64,000 nt of DNA from Octopus sinensis (GCF_006345805.1 NC_042997.1:33666001-33730000), one strand, 5' to 3'; counted from the stretch's first letter, positions 26,091 to 38,432 are shown. Numbers and translations: made by a program. Notes: generated by a model from the sequence alone, not told the origin.

Positions 26091-26272
26091 ACTGCTAACG
26101 TCAGTGTTTCTAACATGAAACGGTTTCATTTCATTGTTGTTACATGATAGAAAGAATTTCCAATTAAATGAAACAAAAATATACATAAAACAAAGATATC
26201 AACAGAAGAATAGCAAAAGATAATTTAGTGTAAGTTGCAAAAAGCAACAGGCTGCTGAGGTACCAGCTAAAG

Positions 26273-27607
26273 TGGTGGTTCTCGACTGGGGTTCATATGA
26301 CCTTTGGGGCTCCATATAAGAATTAGTTGTTAAAATTTATGAGCAATAAATCGGTTACACTTCTGCATAACACTAAGTGTTTTAAAAAATTTTTTAAAAT
26401 GCAATTGCTAATGTTTAATTATATGAATATGAGATTTTCTTAAAAAATCAAATGGCTATGAGGGTTCATCATCATCATCATCATCTTTTAATGTCCTCCT
26501 TCCATGCTGGCATGGGTGGGATGGTTCAACAGGAGCCGGCCAGGCAGAAGGCTGCACCAAACTTCTGTAACAGTTTTGGCAGAATTTTTATGGCTGGATG
26601 CCCTTCGTAGCACCAACCACTCAACAGAGTGGACTTTGTGCTTTTTATGTGACACAAACACTGACATAGTCACCAAGTACTTGCAAGACAAAAAAAAAAA
26701 AACTCTTTTGAGAGGGGAAGGGGCATTGGAGGCAGTAATCTTGTGTTGGATGATGAAAGGTTATAGTGAGACAGAGAGACAGAAATAGGTGTCTTGCTGT
26801 AGAGGAGGTACAAGGCTATTTGGCCGGAGAGAGAGATATCAGGAATGAAGACAGAAACAGGTGAGCTGTTGCAAAGGAAATACATGGTTATCCAATCTGA
26901 GGGAAATGCATGAGGTGAAGGAGAGTGAGAGATAGCAGGATAGAGATGGTGGCAAAGTGCCGGGCATATGTAATGATGCAGTGAGACAGGGCGTGGGTGG
27001 AACACACAGGTCGGAAGCTAGGGGAGAGCAATGATACAGTGGCACAGCCAAGAGGACAGAATTGGGGAGTGGGAGGTAAGCCTAGTGCATGAAGTGGAAA
27101 TGTGAGGAAGAGATGTAGATATGTAGTTTGGTTTGTTGTGGTAGAGTGTGTGAGAAATTGTGTTAAGTGTGGGTGGAACACACAGTGCTTCTAGAACTCA
27201 GTTTTGCTGATATGGGTGGGTCTTAAGATCTTCATATTGCTAGACATCTTGGTCCATTGTCATTTCCTCCATGAGGCCCAACATCTTGAGATTGGTCCTT
27301 ACCACTTCGTCCCATGTCTTTCTGATTCTCCCTCTTCTGTGGGTACTATCTACATTCAGTGATCGGCACTTCTTTATGCAGCTGTCCTCATTCATATGCA
27401 TCACATGTCCAAACCAACATAGTCTTCTCTCTTGCATGCTACATTTGATTCCTCTTATGCCTGACTTTTCCCTCAATACATTTGCACTTTGTTGTACATA
27501 TGCACTGATGTTGCACATCCAACGGAGCATACTACCTCCATTTCTCTCGATAGAGTTAAATAGAAAACTAAGGGGTTCACAGGCAAAAAATGGTTGAGAA
27601 CTACTGA
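26273..27607. mobile_element. hAT/Charlie-like MITE split by an RTE LINE 3' insertion (about 26466-27545, minus)
   Basis: Ends GTGGTTCTCGAC and GTTGAGAACTACTG; insert encodes MLRWMCN...QERRLCWFGHVMHM...GRIRKTW, then long UTR and (GAT)n tail. Confidence 0.7.
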
Positions 27608-28221
27608 ACTAAAGAATCATCCAGCCTCAGATGCACTTTGCTTTACTGGTTGCATCCATTTGAATTAACATTATCCTTTCGCTGTCCATTCATATAGGCT
27701 GTCTCTTTTCATCACTGACTCTATAAAACTGTTAGGCAAATGATAACCACCCTCTATATTCAAGTACTACAGCATGAGCTTTAGATATATCTGAAATAAT
27801 ACATTTTTTTGATATTAACCTATTGGCCATAGACCTGTTTGATTGGAACTAAACTGAAGTTTGACAGTAACAGCAGGAGCATGACTCTCCAATTCTTTTA
27901 CTACCTTCTCGTTCTTCCAGTATTTTGTTCATTTCTGATAGCAGCAGCTACTCACTTTAGCTGTTTGTTCCATCACAGAAAACTTTCACCATATTCTGCT
28001 ATGACCCTTTAAAAATCTGGTAAACATTAGTAAGATTTTGGATTAGCAGAAATGTAGAGTATCAGAGTTTTATGCCCTGTAATATATAGGTACATTTATT
28101 TTATGTTCTGAATTCAAATCCTGCTGAAGATTACTTCGCTGTTTATTCCTCCTTGGGTTGATAATGATGATGATGATGAAAATAATGATGATGATGAAAA
28201 TAAAATTCATGTTATATACTA

Positions 28222-28786
28222 TTGGGTTGTCCGGAAAGTTCATGCCGATTTTTAAAGGAAAGAAAAAGGTCAATAAATACTTGCCATTACATTTTTAATC
28301 AACCAAATATGAACCATTTTGTTGCGCAATGCATCTCCATCTTTCCTTTAACTTCAAAATACCCTCTTCCCAGAATTGAGGTGATTTCATGGCAAAGAAT
28401 TCATCAAGGTATCTTTTTACGTCATTCAAGGAATTGAAATTTTTACCATTAAGACTATTCTGCAGAGACCTGAATAAGTGGAAATCCAAAGGAGCAATAT
28501 CTGGTGAATATGGAGGGTGGGGTAACACATCCCAGCCGAGCTTCAGCAATTTTTGTCTGGTTTCCAAAGCATCAAGTGCCGAAAATAAAATTTCTTATCT
28601 TCCATTTTAAAGGGTTACAAAATTAACACAGGTTATAGGAACATAAACCTTCTTCCACAAAAGATAGCTTAAACTGTGCTCTAAATGGAGGTGTAGTCAA
28701 ATCCTATTTTATGGACTCAACCATGTTCTAAAATAAGTTGAAAGGTCAGCTACTATAAACCACCACAAACTTTCCGGACAACCCAA
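28222..28786 (-). mobile_element. Internally deleted mariner (DD34D) element
   Basis: TIR TTGGGTTGTCCGGAAAGTT with TA TSDs; LPHPPYSPDIAPLDFHLFRSLQNSL motif at 28295-28567. Confidence 0.92.
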
Positions 28787-30394
28787 TAGAAGCAGTGGCC
28801 AGTATGCTCTACCATCACTCCCTCCTAAACCACCTTTCTTCACCCTGTTACACTCTCTGCCATTATAGTGTTGCGTCTTTGGACTAATTCTTCCTGAACA
28901 CTCTATCTATACCTTTCCCCTTCTGTCCCTTATCATCTTGTCTCACTGTATACCATCTTACTTTTGCCCCTTTTCTCTTGCATATCCTTAGTCTCTGTCA
29001 TTGTTCTGTCCCTTGGATCATGTTGCCTTCTATAAATTGGTGAATCCAAGTCAAAGTTTTTGTGTAACAGATTCTACAGCCCTGGTGCCAAAGCTTGAAG
29101 TCTATATTGTAATCATTTACTTATTTCAATAAAAGAAGAGATCGTGTCACACCCTGTCTCAAAAATGTTTTACATTGAAATAAAAAGCAAAAATTGTGTA
29201 GGAAGCGAATGCCAGTGCCTTGTTAGACTAGATTTTGAGGAGGGGATGTAGTTGATTCTCAGAATGCACGAAAGTAAAGTCAGCTTTGGTAGAATACATA
29301 TCCAAAAAAATAAATAAAAAAGTGAATGCCTGTATAAATTAACTAGCTAAAATGTGTAAAGGGAAATAACTTTTGTATACATTAATTTTTCAAATATTCT
29401 ACCAGTTAAGGTTCTGTTAAATTTATTTACCTTAGATTCACTATTTCAGGGCAAACAAAGTCTTTGGATCTCAGTTGCTTATGGCTAAAGGAAAAAGAAA
29501 AACGTGTATTTGTTATGGAGGAGATAGATGGTTTATTAGGGTAAGGGTGTTATTCAATGAGAGAAGTGGTAATCCCTTGCTGGTTATTGGTTCTGTGGTA
29601 TGTCCATGGCCAAAACACTTGACCTTTAACTGCCCAGTCGAAATAGTCGATAACTAAATACCACAAGGTGGTGTAGTTTATTGCTGTAAGCAGTGATAGT
29701 GTTATAAAACTTAAATGTGTTGCAGGCTTGCGATGCTATGCTTATGATTATAGTTTTTTTCCTGAAGAGAGATTAGATATTTGGCTAGAAACCTGTCACA
29801 AAACACAACTATTTCAGAAACCAATGATATAAGTTGTGTCAGATCTTGTATATTTCAGAGTGTTCTTTTAAATGATTGACAAGGATGATATGCGAGGCAC
29901 AGAATGTGTTTAAAAGTTCATTGTTTTTTAATGATAAAAAATTATATACTGAAATAAGTCTATTTTTCTTATAATTATTATATCAAAAATTATTGAGAGT
30001 TCTTAATTAAAAGGTTTGAATCTTTTCAGATCACTGCTATCCTATACAGTAGGGAATTATTCTGTCCATAAACATTACTTGAAAAAAGGTAGGCTTGTTT
30101 ACATCAGGAAAAGCAGTGTGCATGATATTTTTGCTGGTCCTCCCAGATCAGAGAATGAGAGGTAGGTGCTAATATTCTCAGGCAAGAAAATGGTTCAGAT
30201 GCTTGCAATGGGGAACTTCACTAAAGGCTGCCGCTAGCCAGATGGTGGTGTTAAATTTGGCTTCAGATTAAATCAACTACTTTGCGGTTAAGAGTTTTCT
30301 GCAGACATAATTATAACAGGATACATATTTTTCACCTTTTAACTAACTGCCCAGTGTCCATCTGACATCGTTATTTGCAGCTTTTTTGCTTTAA

Positions 30395-30851
30395 CCCTTT
30401 CATTACCAACCCGGCCAAAACCTATTTCTTTACTACCCACAAGGTGCTAAACATAGAGGGGACAAACAAGGACAGACACACGGATTAAGTCGATTATATC
30501 GACCCCAGTGCATAACTGGTACTTATTTAATTGACCCCGAAAGGATGAAAGGCAAAGTCGACCTCGGTGGAATTTGAACTCAGAACGTAACGGCAGACGA
30601 AATACGGTTACGCATTTCGCCTGGCGTGCTAACGTTTCTGCCAGCTCGCCGCCAAAACTGGCTCTGGCTCAGTAGTACAAATGTCTTGTTTTCATAAGTT
30701 TTGAATTAAAATCTTTCACAAATCCTTAGTCACAATTTATGTTCATAACACTAGCTGAATGATAACTTAGTTATTTTACTAAATTCTTTGTTATATTTAA
30801 AAATGATTGAAAGAAACAGAGTGTCTCAAAATAAATACAATAACGAAGGGG
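30395..30851. mobile_element. piggyBac-like MITE interrupted by SINE B (30421-30653, minus; TSD GCCAAAA)
   Basis: TTAA|CCCTTTCATTAC...TAACGAAGGGG|TTAA. Confidence 0.8.
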
Positions 30852-30876
30852 TTAAATGCATGACTCTTTTCTCTTA

Positions 30877-31275
30877 TCCTTTATATATAAAAGTCAAGTT
30901 GTGCGTCTGTCTCCTACGATTTAGATTTCTAACTACTCCCATATTTTGTGGTGCAGTTTAACCAAAAGCGGGTATCTTATAGTCGTGATTCATATCGAGC
31001 CCTTCTGGGTATTAGCGCGCCTCTACGATGAGTCTACGATTTAAAAAAAATTTACCATCATTTTTTTCCATTTTTAATGCATTTTTTTCGCTATTATATA
31101 AGGGAAGTAACTCTCTAAAAATGTCTACGATGAGTCAACGATTTAAAAAAAATTTACCATCATTTTTTTTCCATTTTTAATGCATTTTTTTGCTATTTTT
31201 TGGCTATAACTCTCTAAAAATGCTTATATAGTTATTTCCCTTACAAACCCGAGCAACGCCGGGCGATACTGCTAG
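30877..31275 (+). mobile_element. Full-length non-autonomous Helitron H1 with internal partial duplication
   Basis: A|TC...CCCGAGCAACGCCGGG...CTAG|T. Confidence 0.85.
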
Positions 31276-31515
31276 TCCTTAATAAAGATGACAACATGTT
31301 TAACTCCTAAATCTTAGGTTAGTATATTCTGATAACATTTATGCTTGTTGGTGAAATTTTACAGAAAGTGTTACATAGAAATAATACAAATAAAACCTCT
31401 GATTTCTCCTTGCTTGGAGCAGATCAAATTTTTATCTTTTACGTAGAAATAACACACACACATTAGAATATTTGATTTCAGTCATTGCATGATGTTTTTC
31501 CTTGACTGTTTTTCG

Positions 31516-31644
31516 TGATGTTTCAATTCCATTCCAAACTGCTGCTGAAGCAGTTATAGCCTTCGGTACGCTTAGTGTGGACAAAGAACCAAAACGTGGC
31601 AATGTGAGAAAAGAGATGAAGCTTCAGGACAATAAACTACTGGT
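31516..31644 (+). CDS. LAGE3: LAGE3/Pcc1 (EKC/KEOPS subunit) coding exon: DVSIPFQTAAEAVIAFGTLSVDKEPKRGNVRKEMKLQDNKLLV
   Basis: Matches the Pcc1 pattern (IPF.T..EA.IA...L.VD.EP.R..V.K...L..N.L.V); 129 nt, phase 2-2; strong donor GTAAGT at 31645. Confidence 0.88.
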
Positions 31645-31854
31645 GTAAGTACAGTTACATATATATTCTTTAAGTTGTACTTTATTCTTTTTGCTCATTA
31701 CAATCAATTATTGGTTTTTATTTATATACCAAGGGTTAAATACATACTACTTATGTATTGTGCATACATTCAGCTGGTTTTATTTATTTATTGTGTTATT
31801 TTTGTGAAGAAAGATACCAAAGTTTATTTGCAGCATAACAAAATGTTATTGGGG

Positions 31855-32369
31855 GTGTGTGTGATGAGTTTGCTTTTCTGCTTACTATAACTTTGGTCTT
31901 TGCCACATTTACTCTGAGGCCCTTTGATTCTAAACCTAGCTTCCACACCCAAAATTTTTGCTATGAGGGCCAGGTCATCAGCATAGAGGAGCTTCCAGGG
32001 GCAACCCATCTTGAATTCCTCTGTTATTGCCTGGAGGACTACAATTATTAGAAGGGGACTAAGGGCTGAACCTTAGTGGACCCCTACTTCTACCCAGAAT
32101 TCTTCACTATACTCGTTGCCAATCCTAACTTTACTAACGGTCTCTCTGTATAGGGCCTTATCAACCATTCGTCAATCTCCAGTTTCCGCATTGCTCACCA
32201 GATAAGGGATCGGGGGATCCTGTCAAAGGCTTTCTCCAAGTTCACAAAAGCTAAGTAGAAAGGTTTATCTTTAGCTAGGTATTTCTCCTGCAGTTGTCGA
32301 ACCAGGAATATGGCATCAGTGGTGCTTCTACTTGAAACAAAATCAAACTGCATCTCATCTAAGCAGACC
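31855..32369 (-). mobile_element. RTE LINE reverse-transcriptase fragment (stops and frameshifts)
   Basis: STTDAIFLVRQLQEKYLAKDKP..LAFVNLEKAFDRIPR, GSALSPLL, LLYADDLALIA. Confidence 0.92.
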
Positions 32370-32665
32370 GGCTTTCTCCAAGTCCACAAAAGGGCTTTCT
32401 CCAAGTCCACAAAAGGGCTTTCTCCAAGTCCACAAAAGGGCTTTCTCCAAGTCCACAAAAAGGCTTTCTCCAAGTCCACAAAAGGGCTTTCTCCAAGTCC
32501 ACAAAAGGGCTTTCTCCAAGTCCACAAAAGGGCTTTCTCCAAGTCCACAAAAGGGCTTTCTCCAAGTCCACAAAAGGGCTTTCTCCAAGTCCACAAAAGG
32601 GCTTTCTCCAAGTCCACAAAAGGGCTTTCTCCAAGTCCACAAAAGGGCTTTCTCCAAGTCCACAA
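32370..32665. repeat. 13 copies of a 23-bp minisatellite GGGCTTTCTCCAAGTCCACAAAA
   Basis: Counted directly; copy 5 starts with A; unit equals the FVDLEKA coding segment of the adjacent RT. Confidence 0.97.
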
Positions 32666-33529
32666 GTTGTGTATTGCTTATTTCTTTTTGGCATGCTTTC
32701 ATAACTGGATAGGCTTCTTGTTGACAGAACACTTTACAGTGCATGTTATCAGATCACTGATACTAGAACAATCATCTCTAACAAGGCAAGAATTCACTCT
32801 ACACTTCATCATATCCATTTTTTATAAATATATTCTTAAGATTGCAAATAGAATTTGCCATTAGCCCCTTTGACATTTCTTTTTGAGCACTTGTCTTTGT
32901 AAAAAAAAGTAATAGATTGCTGATTATATTACTATATCTATTATATAAAAATCTGTTCTGTCTGTCTGTGTGTGTCTTCTAGGATCTTGGGCATCCTCCG
33001 TCCGATTGCGCTCAAATTTGATATGTAGATACTGATGGTATCAGGGCGTGTATAAGTCTTGAAAAAATTACAAAAGTCGATTCCAGGTGAGAATGCTATC
33101 AATAAAGCCGTGGGAACATGCATTTGTACGTGCAAGTACATCAGCTGTTGCGATCAATATCTTTATTTCTTCTTTGGCTGGTGTCTCAAATTTAGGTTAA
33201 ATCAGTGTTTCTCAAAGGGGAGGCCTATGGGACAGTTGGACAAGTTGTTTTGAGAAAATTTGGTTTAAATGTTTGACAACTCAGCACCGTCCATTGGACG
33301 GGGAGGCGTTTTGCTCGTATATATATATATATATGTATGACTTCCTTTTCTGTTACCTGCCTTCCTTTATCAATCTCTTCCATCATCACACCACTCCTAC
33401 CCAATCTCCTTACCAGCAATTAACATGTTGCAACCCACTGCTGGCCAACTTCCATTACTATGTCTCCCATCATCCTCTTGTTCCTATTGCTTTATGATAA
33501 TTACATTATTGAGGTTAACTCTTCTATAT

Positions 33530-33785
33530 ACGTACTGTGGCTTAATGGTTAGGGTGTCAGCATCATGATCGTAAGATTGTGGTTTCGATTCCTGGGCCGG
33601 GCGATGCGTCGTGTTCTTGAGCACAACACTTCATTTCACGTTGCTCCAGTCCACTCAGCTGGCTAAAATGTGTAACGCTGCGATGGACTGGCATCCCGTC
33701 CAGCTTGGGAACACATACACCATAGAAGCCGGGAAACTGGGCCCATAGGTCTGGTTAGGCTTTAAAAGGGTGCATTTATTTATTT
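33530..33785 (+). mobile_element. tRNA-derived SINE with CORE-like block and V-SINE-like motif
   Basis: TGGCTTAATGGTTAGG...GGTTTCGATTCC, CTTGAGCACAACACTT, then GATGGACTGGCATCCCGTCCAG. Confidence 0.65.
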
Positions 33786-34752
33786 TTATATGTACTATTG
33801 GATGACTGTTGACTCTTAAAAGTCCCTCCACCCCTTGACGGATATTGTCTTTCATCTTGAGGGTGTCCAAATGACCCTCTTCACCAAGCTTGGTGGGATT
33901 GCCGGTTTAGTCACTAACGATCTAACTATGTGACAGGATGTACTGGATTACATGTTAAGTGTAGTACTTCAGAGTGATCTGACATCTAATGCCCTCTAAG
34001 AAACATGATTTCTCTGGTGGTTTCAGAAAACAACAAACTAAAAGGGAAATGTTATATTTTTCAATACCAACTTAAATTTATGAGCCTGAATTTTTAGATC
34101 TTGAGCTTAGTATCTTATCAACTTGAATTTTTAACACTTTTGAAACCCTAATTCTAATGCTTTCTACGTATATATATTGGAAAATGCACTCTTTTTTCTT
34201 TCATCTTTCACTCCTCTTATGCCCCTCACTACAATTACTATTTTTCCTATCATATCCATTCATCTTGTGTCTTCTATCCTACCTCTAGGCCATAGATCTT
34301 TGAGCAAATGGAAACAACATAGGATAGAGAAGGACAAAGAAACCTCTCTAGTGTTGGTGCCATGATACCTAGCACACACTGTGCAGTCTGTAAAGTAATT
34401 GATGAACGAATGGAGATAATGTAGGATAGAGAGGATTTGTAGTCTTGTTGACAAGACAATATCTCTTGTGCTGGAGTTATGATTAGATGCACCCAGTACA
34501 TTCTATAAAGTAGTCGGTGACAGGATGGGTGTCCAGCTCTAAACACCATTTGAAAATACAATATATGACCGAGCATGGTTTCCAACCCATCTAGGGTAGT
34601 AACTCCAAATAAAAACTGACTTGGGCTGTGACACCCCATTCAGCCCATGGCAATATTGAAACCATACACAAAATATTGTGGTAGATGCTTTATGTGAGTA
34701 CCCGCTTACAAAGCTTTGGTAGACGGAAATGGAAAAAAGCATAACATATATA

Positions 34753-35610
34753 CAGGGTGCAATGGGTAAATTGTTGCCATTCTATATTTTAAATTTTGTG
34801 CATATGCATTGTTTACTTTTGATTTTGTCGACTACATAGTATAGTAGGGTCAGTTGGGCACCGTCTGTGACAAAAACAACAGCATGAAATGATTCACTCT
34901 GCCAGAAATTTGGAAATGACATGCTGTATAGCTTGGCATTTGCACTGGAAGCTCCAATATGAACATCTCAGAGTGCTTGGGTGTCAATCTGAGGATATGT
35001 ACTGGGAGTGATAAAAATCAAACATCCAGTCAACATCATGGTGTTTGGAGTGTGATCACTAGTGATGGTGATGTTATGTCTCCATCTTTCTGCATGGCCT
35101 CAGACTCAACATGGAGACCTACATCAAGTGCCTGGAGGAGGTAGTGCTGCCTCGGATCAAGAGGGCTGCTGCAAGACCCTATATTTGGCCCTAGTACACA
35201 TGCATCATGCCACACAAGCAGGAGAACTCATTCATGGCTGTCAGACAATTTCTGCAATCACACCATCCCTAACTTCTGGCCTCCTAATTTCCCACACTGC
35301 AACTCCCTTGATTATTGTGTGGGATGCAGTTGAGCAAGAGACCAACAAAATTCCTTGTAACACCAAAGATGAACTGAAGGCAAGGATTATGGAAGCATTC
35401 ACCAACTTAAAACATGGAGACCATCCAGAAGAGTTGCAGGAGACTCTGAAGTCATCTGGAGGCCGTGGTTGAAGCCAATGGCGATTTCATTTACTCTTTA
35501 GTATTTCAAGATATTTTAATGTAATTTTGGTAAATATATCTTTTAAAATGAGATGTCAGTGTTATTTCATTTTCGCGTAATTTAGACGACAGTTTATTCA
35601 CCGCACCCTG
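34753..35610 (+). mobile_element. Deleted ITm (Tc1/maT-like, DDxD) transposon
   Basis: TA|CAGGGTGC...GCACCCTG|TA; remnant WPPNFPHCNSLDYCVWDAVEQETNK. Confidence 0.8.
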
Positions 35611-35694
35611 TACATGTGTGTGTATGTTTCTCTGTATCCTTGACTTGACATCATGTGATGGTTGTAAATGATGATGATAATGATGATGATCATC

Positions 35695-35699
<5 letters not shown>

Positions 35700-35727
<28 letters not shown>

Positions 35728-36240
35728 AATGATTGTATACAGTGCTCAGGTGCACCAGAACTTGTCAGAAAGTGCGTATAAAGTATATGCAGTAATGTAG
35801 AAATGTCTGGAAAGCGAACAATGTATGAGTCAGATACATCCTTGTGTGTGTATGGAGGGGAGAAAATCAAGTGTAGTGTTGGCGAATCTCAGAAAGCATG
35901 GAAGTTTTGAAGGATGCAGTGCTCCGACAACTAACAACTGATGCCAGCAGTTTGTTCCATGCTTCAGCAACTCTTAGCGTGAAAAAATGTTTCCTGAAGT
36001 CATGGAAGGAGCTGTGCTGTTTTCTGACTTTGTAAACATGTCCACGGGTGTTAGACAGGTGGAGTTTGAAAAGGTGCTCAGAGTTATTGTTTGTAAGATG
36101 GTTAATAATTTTACAAGCATTGTTGTTAATTCCCAGTCTTCCATACAAAATATGCATGGCCATTGGGAAATGTTCTTTGCTTGGAAATAGATGAAGGTTG
36201 GTGACAGGAGGTGCCTCAATAGATTCCATCTGACCCATGC
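35700..36240 (-). mobile_element. CR1-clade LINE 3' fragment with 3' UTR and (ATT)n tail
   Basis: TRGHVYKVRK...FFTLRVAEAWNKL motif. Confidence 0.8.
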
Positions 36241-36581
36241 AAGCATGGAAAAGCAGACATTAAATGATGATGAAGATTTATATGAAATTTTTTATTTGGT
36301 GACCACTTTACAAAATTAATTCCATTTTAATTTTAGCTCTTATGCTTAGTTCTTATGAATAAACACACGTGCGCACACACACACACTAACACACATACAC
36401 ACACACACGTTTGTGTATGTGTGTGTTTGTGTAGGGGTGCTTAAACACTTCTTTTTTGTGGAATTACAAGTTGTGTTATAGCATATAAATTTATTTTTAG
36501 AATATTTAGCTTCGCTGCAGTTTTTTTCGTTTTGCAATGAAGTAGAGAAGTTGTATAATTTTTTTTTATTGGAATATATAT

Positions 36582-36800
36582 TTCTTTACTACCCACAAGG
36601 GGCTAAACATAGAGGGGACAAACAAGGACAGACAAAGGGATTAAGTCGATTACATCGACCCCAGTGCGTAACTGGTACTTTATTTATCGACCCCGAAAGG
36701 ATGAAAGGCAAAGTCAACCTCGGCGGAATTTGAACTCGGAACGTAACGACATATGAGATACGGCTGCGCATTTCGCCCGGCGTGCTAACGTTTCTGCCAG
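36582..36800 (-). mobile_element. SINE family B
   Basis: Body and tail match. Confidence 0.85.
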
Positions 36801-37069
36801 CTGATACATATATAATACAAAATCTCATTAACGAATAGAAATATTAAAACGTTATTTAGCTCATAAGCTAAGGGGAAATAACTCTGTATCTCAACAGAAA
36901 TCTAGCGTTACTGTACGAACACTGCAACTTCATTTGTTTGTAGTTCATTTATGTTTTAAAACCATTGAATAGGATAATATATGCACAAATATGAATATCT
37001 GCGAGGAATTCTTGGGTAACAATAAGGGTTACATTCGATTTGAATTCTATGATTAATAATTTAGTAGCT

Positions 37070-37602
37070 GGTTTGTCATGTAATGTGGATGACAGAGGAC
37101 AGTTGTAATGTGGATGAAAGAGAAGTACTGATCTCTTGAAGTGGAGGGAAGTTGTAGAAGGGGAGACCCAGGAAGACATGAGATGAATTATTGAAGACCG
37201 ATTTCAAAACCCTGAACCTTAAGAAGGAGATGATAGAGGACCAAGGTGTATGGCTCATTGCTGTACTCGAGAAGCCCCATCCAGCACAAAGAATCGAGAT
37301 TCTAAAACCAAGGTGCTTCTTAGAAAAGCATTGGTGTGGGTGCTGGTGTCACGTAAAAAGCTCTTTTGATGGTGCCACATAAAATACACTGGTGCTGGGG
37401 TCACATAAAATCTCTGGTGATGGTGCCACGTAAAAAATACCCAGTACACTCTGTAAAGTGGTTAGTGTTAGGAAGGGCATTCAGCTGTAGAAACCAAGCC
37501 AAAAGAGACTATGGAACCTGATGTGGACCCCTGGCCTTGCAAGTTCCCTTCAAGCCATCCAGCCCATGCCAGCATGGAAAATGGATGTTAAATTTTGATG
37601 AT
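37070..37602 (+). mobile_element. Degraded RTE 3' end plus family C UTR
   Basis: GRPRKT-like remnant followed by GGAAGGGCATTCAGCTGTAGAAAC...GATG tail. Confidence 0.7.
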
Positions 37603-37722
37603 GTATAGTTTGAAAAGAAATCCTGCCAGGTTTGATCTCCTTTCTTGGTCAGAAAAATACGTAGCAAGCATACATCATTACCTCAGTTTGTGAGTTTATG
37701 TCTAAGTTAGAAATTACAAGTA

Positions 37723-38116
37723 CTAGCAGTATCGCCCGGGGTTGCTCGGGTTTGTTTCGACCCTTTAGAATTGGAATTTTTGAAAAGTAAAAATTTTGCA
37801 TTATGTAGCTTGTTATTCACTTTAAGTGAACATTTTTCTGGTTGAAATACACCGAAAAATGGTGACACAGCAGTCAAAAAATCGTAAAAAATAGGGATTT
37901 TCATAAAAAAAAAAAGCACCTTTTTGATGTAAATAATTCTTAGTCTTAACATGGTCCGATTCGAATTTTTTCTTCTGTGGAAGGAAGAGCAAGCCTTCTT
38001 CTATCATACTTTCAATTTTGGTCAACTTGCGCCGCAGGGTCTCGGAGGAGATAGTGTTAGTTGAAGGCTACCAAACCTGCCATACACAGACAACTTCAGC
38101 TTTATATATATAGAGA
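37723..38116 (-). mobile_element. Non-autonomous Helitron, family H3
   Basis: Minus strand A|TC start, hairpin CCCGAGCAACCCCGGG, CTAG|T end. Confidence 0.8.
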
Positions 38117-38432
38117 TTACAACATTAGCGATACGGTGGCAATATTTTCAATTGAGGTGAACTGTAACCTGTCATTATAGAACTAAGTAGCCTCCCTTGT
38201 TTGTTTTACAATTATAAATCAGTCTTGCTTTGAGGTCCTATTCCGATTTGCATATTATATGTTTGTTAAATGGTGAATAAAACCTGAGAAATGTAAATAA
38301 GTCTTAGTACGTTATGAGGTAGATGAATCAACCCTAAGCAGAAATCGAACTTGTGACAGCTCCTTATATAAAACATTTTAAAAAATGAAAATGTAGACAG
38401 ATTTGTGGAGGCAGTGTCCATAACCTCTGGAC

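Larger units (their letters stand above)
20444..31515 (+). other. U12-type (minor) intron, 11,072 nt, apparent GT-CG termini
   Basis: 5' GTATCCTTTT; branch point TTCCTTGAC at 31498-31506; no AG or AC downstream that keeps the frame. Confidence 0.7.

Noticed and set aside
28869-29150. Solo-LTR-like segment (TG...CA, TATA, AATAAA)
   Set aside because: No TSD and no second copy; cannot be supported
29755-29805. CTGAAGA...GAAAC-CT-GTC hammerhead-like string
   Set aside because: Helix I and II pairing next to the core fails; at best a heavily decayed relic
32195-32864. Long ORFs on both strands, and a CRISPR-like look
   Set aside because: Tandem 23-bp units with no spacers; the ORFs are repeat artefacts in eukaryotic DNA
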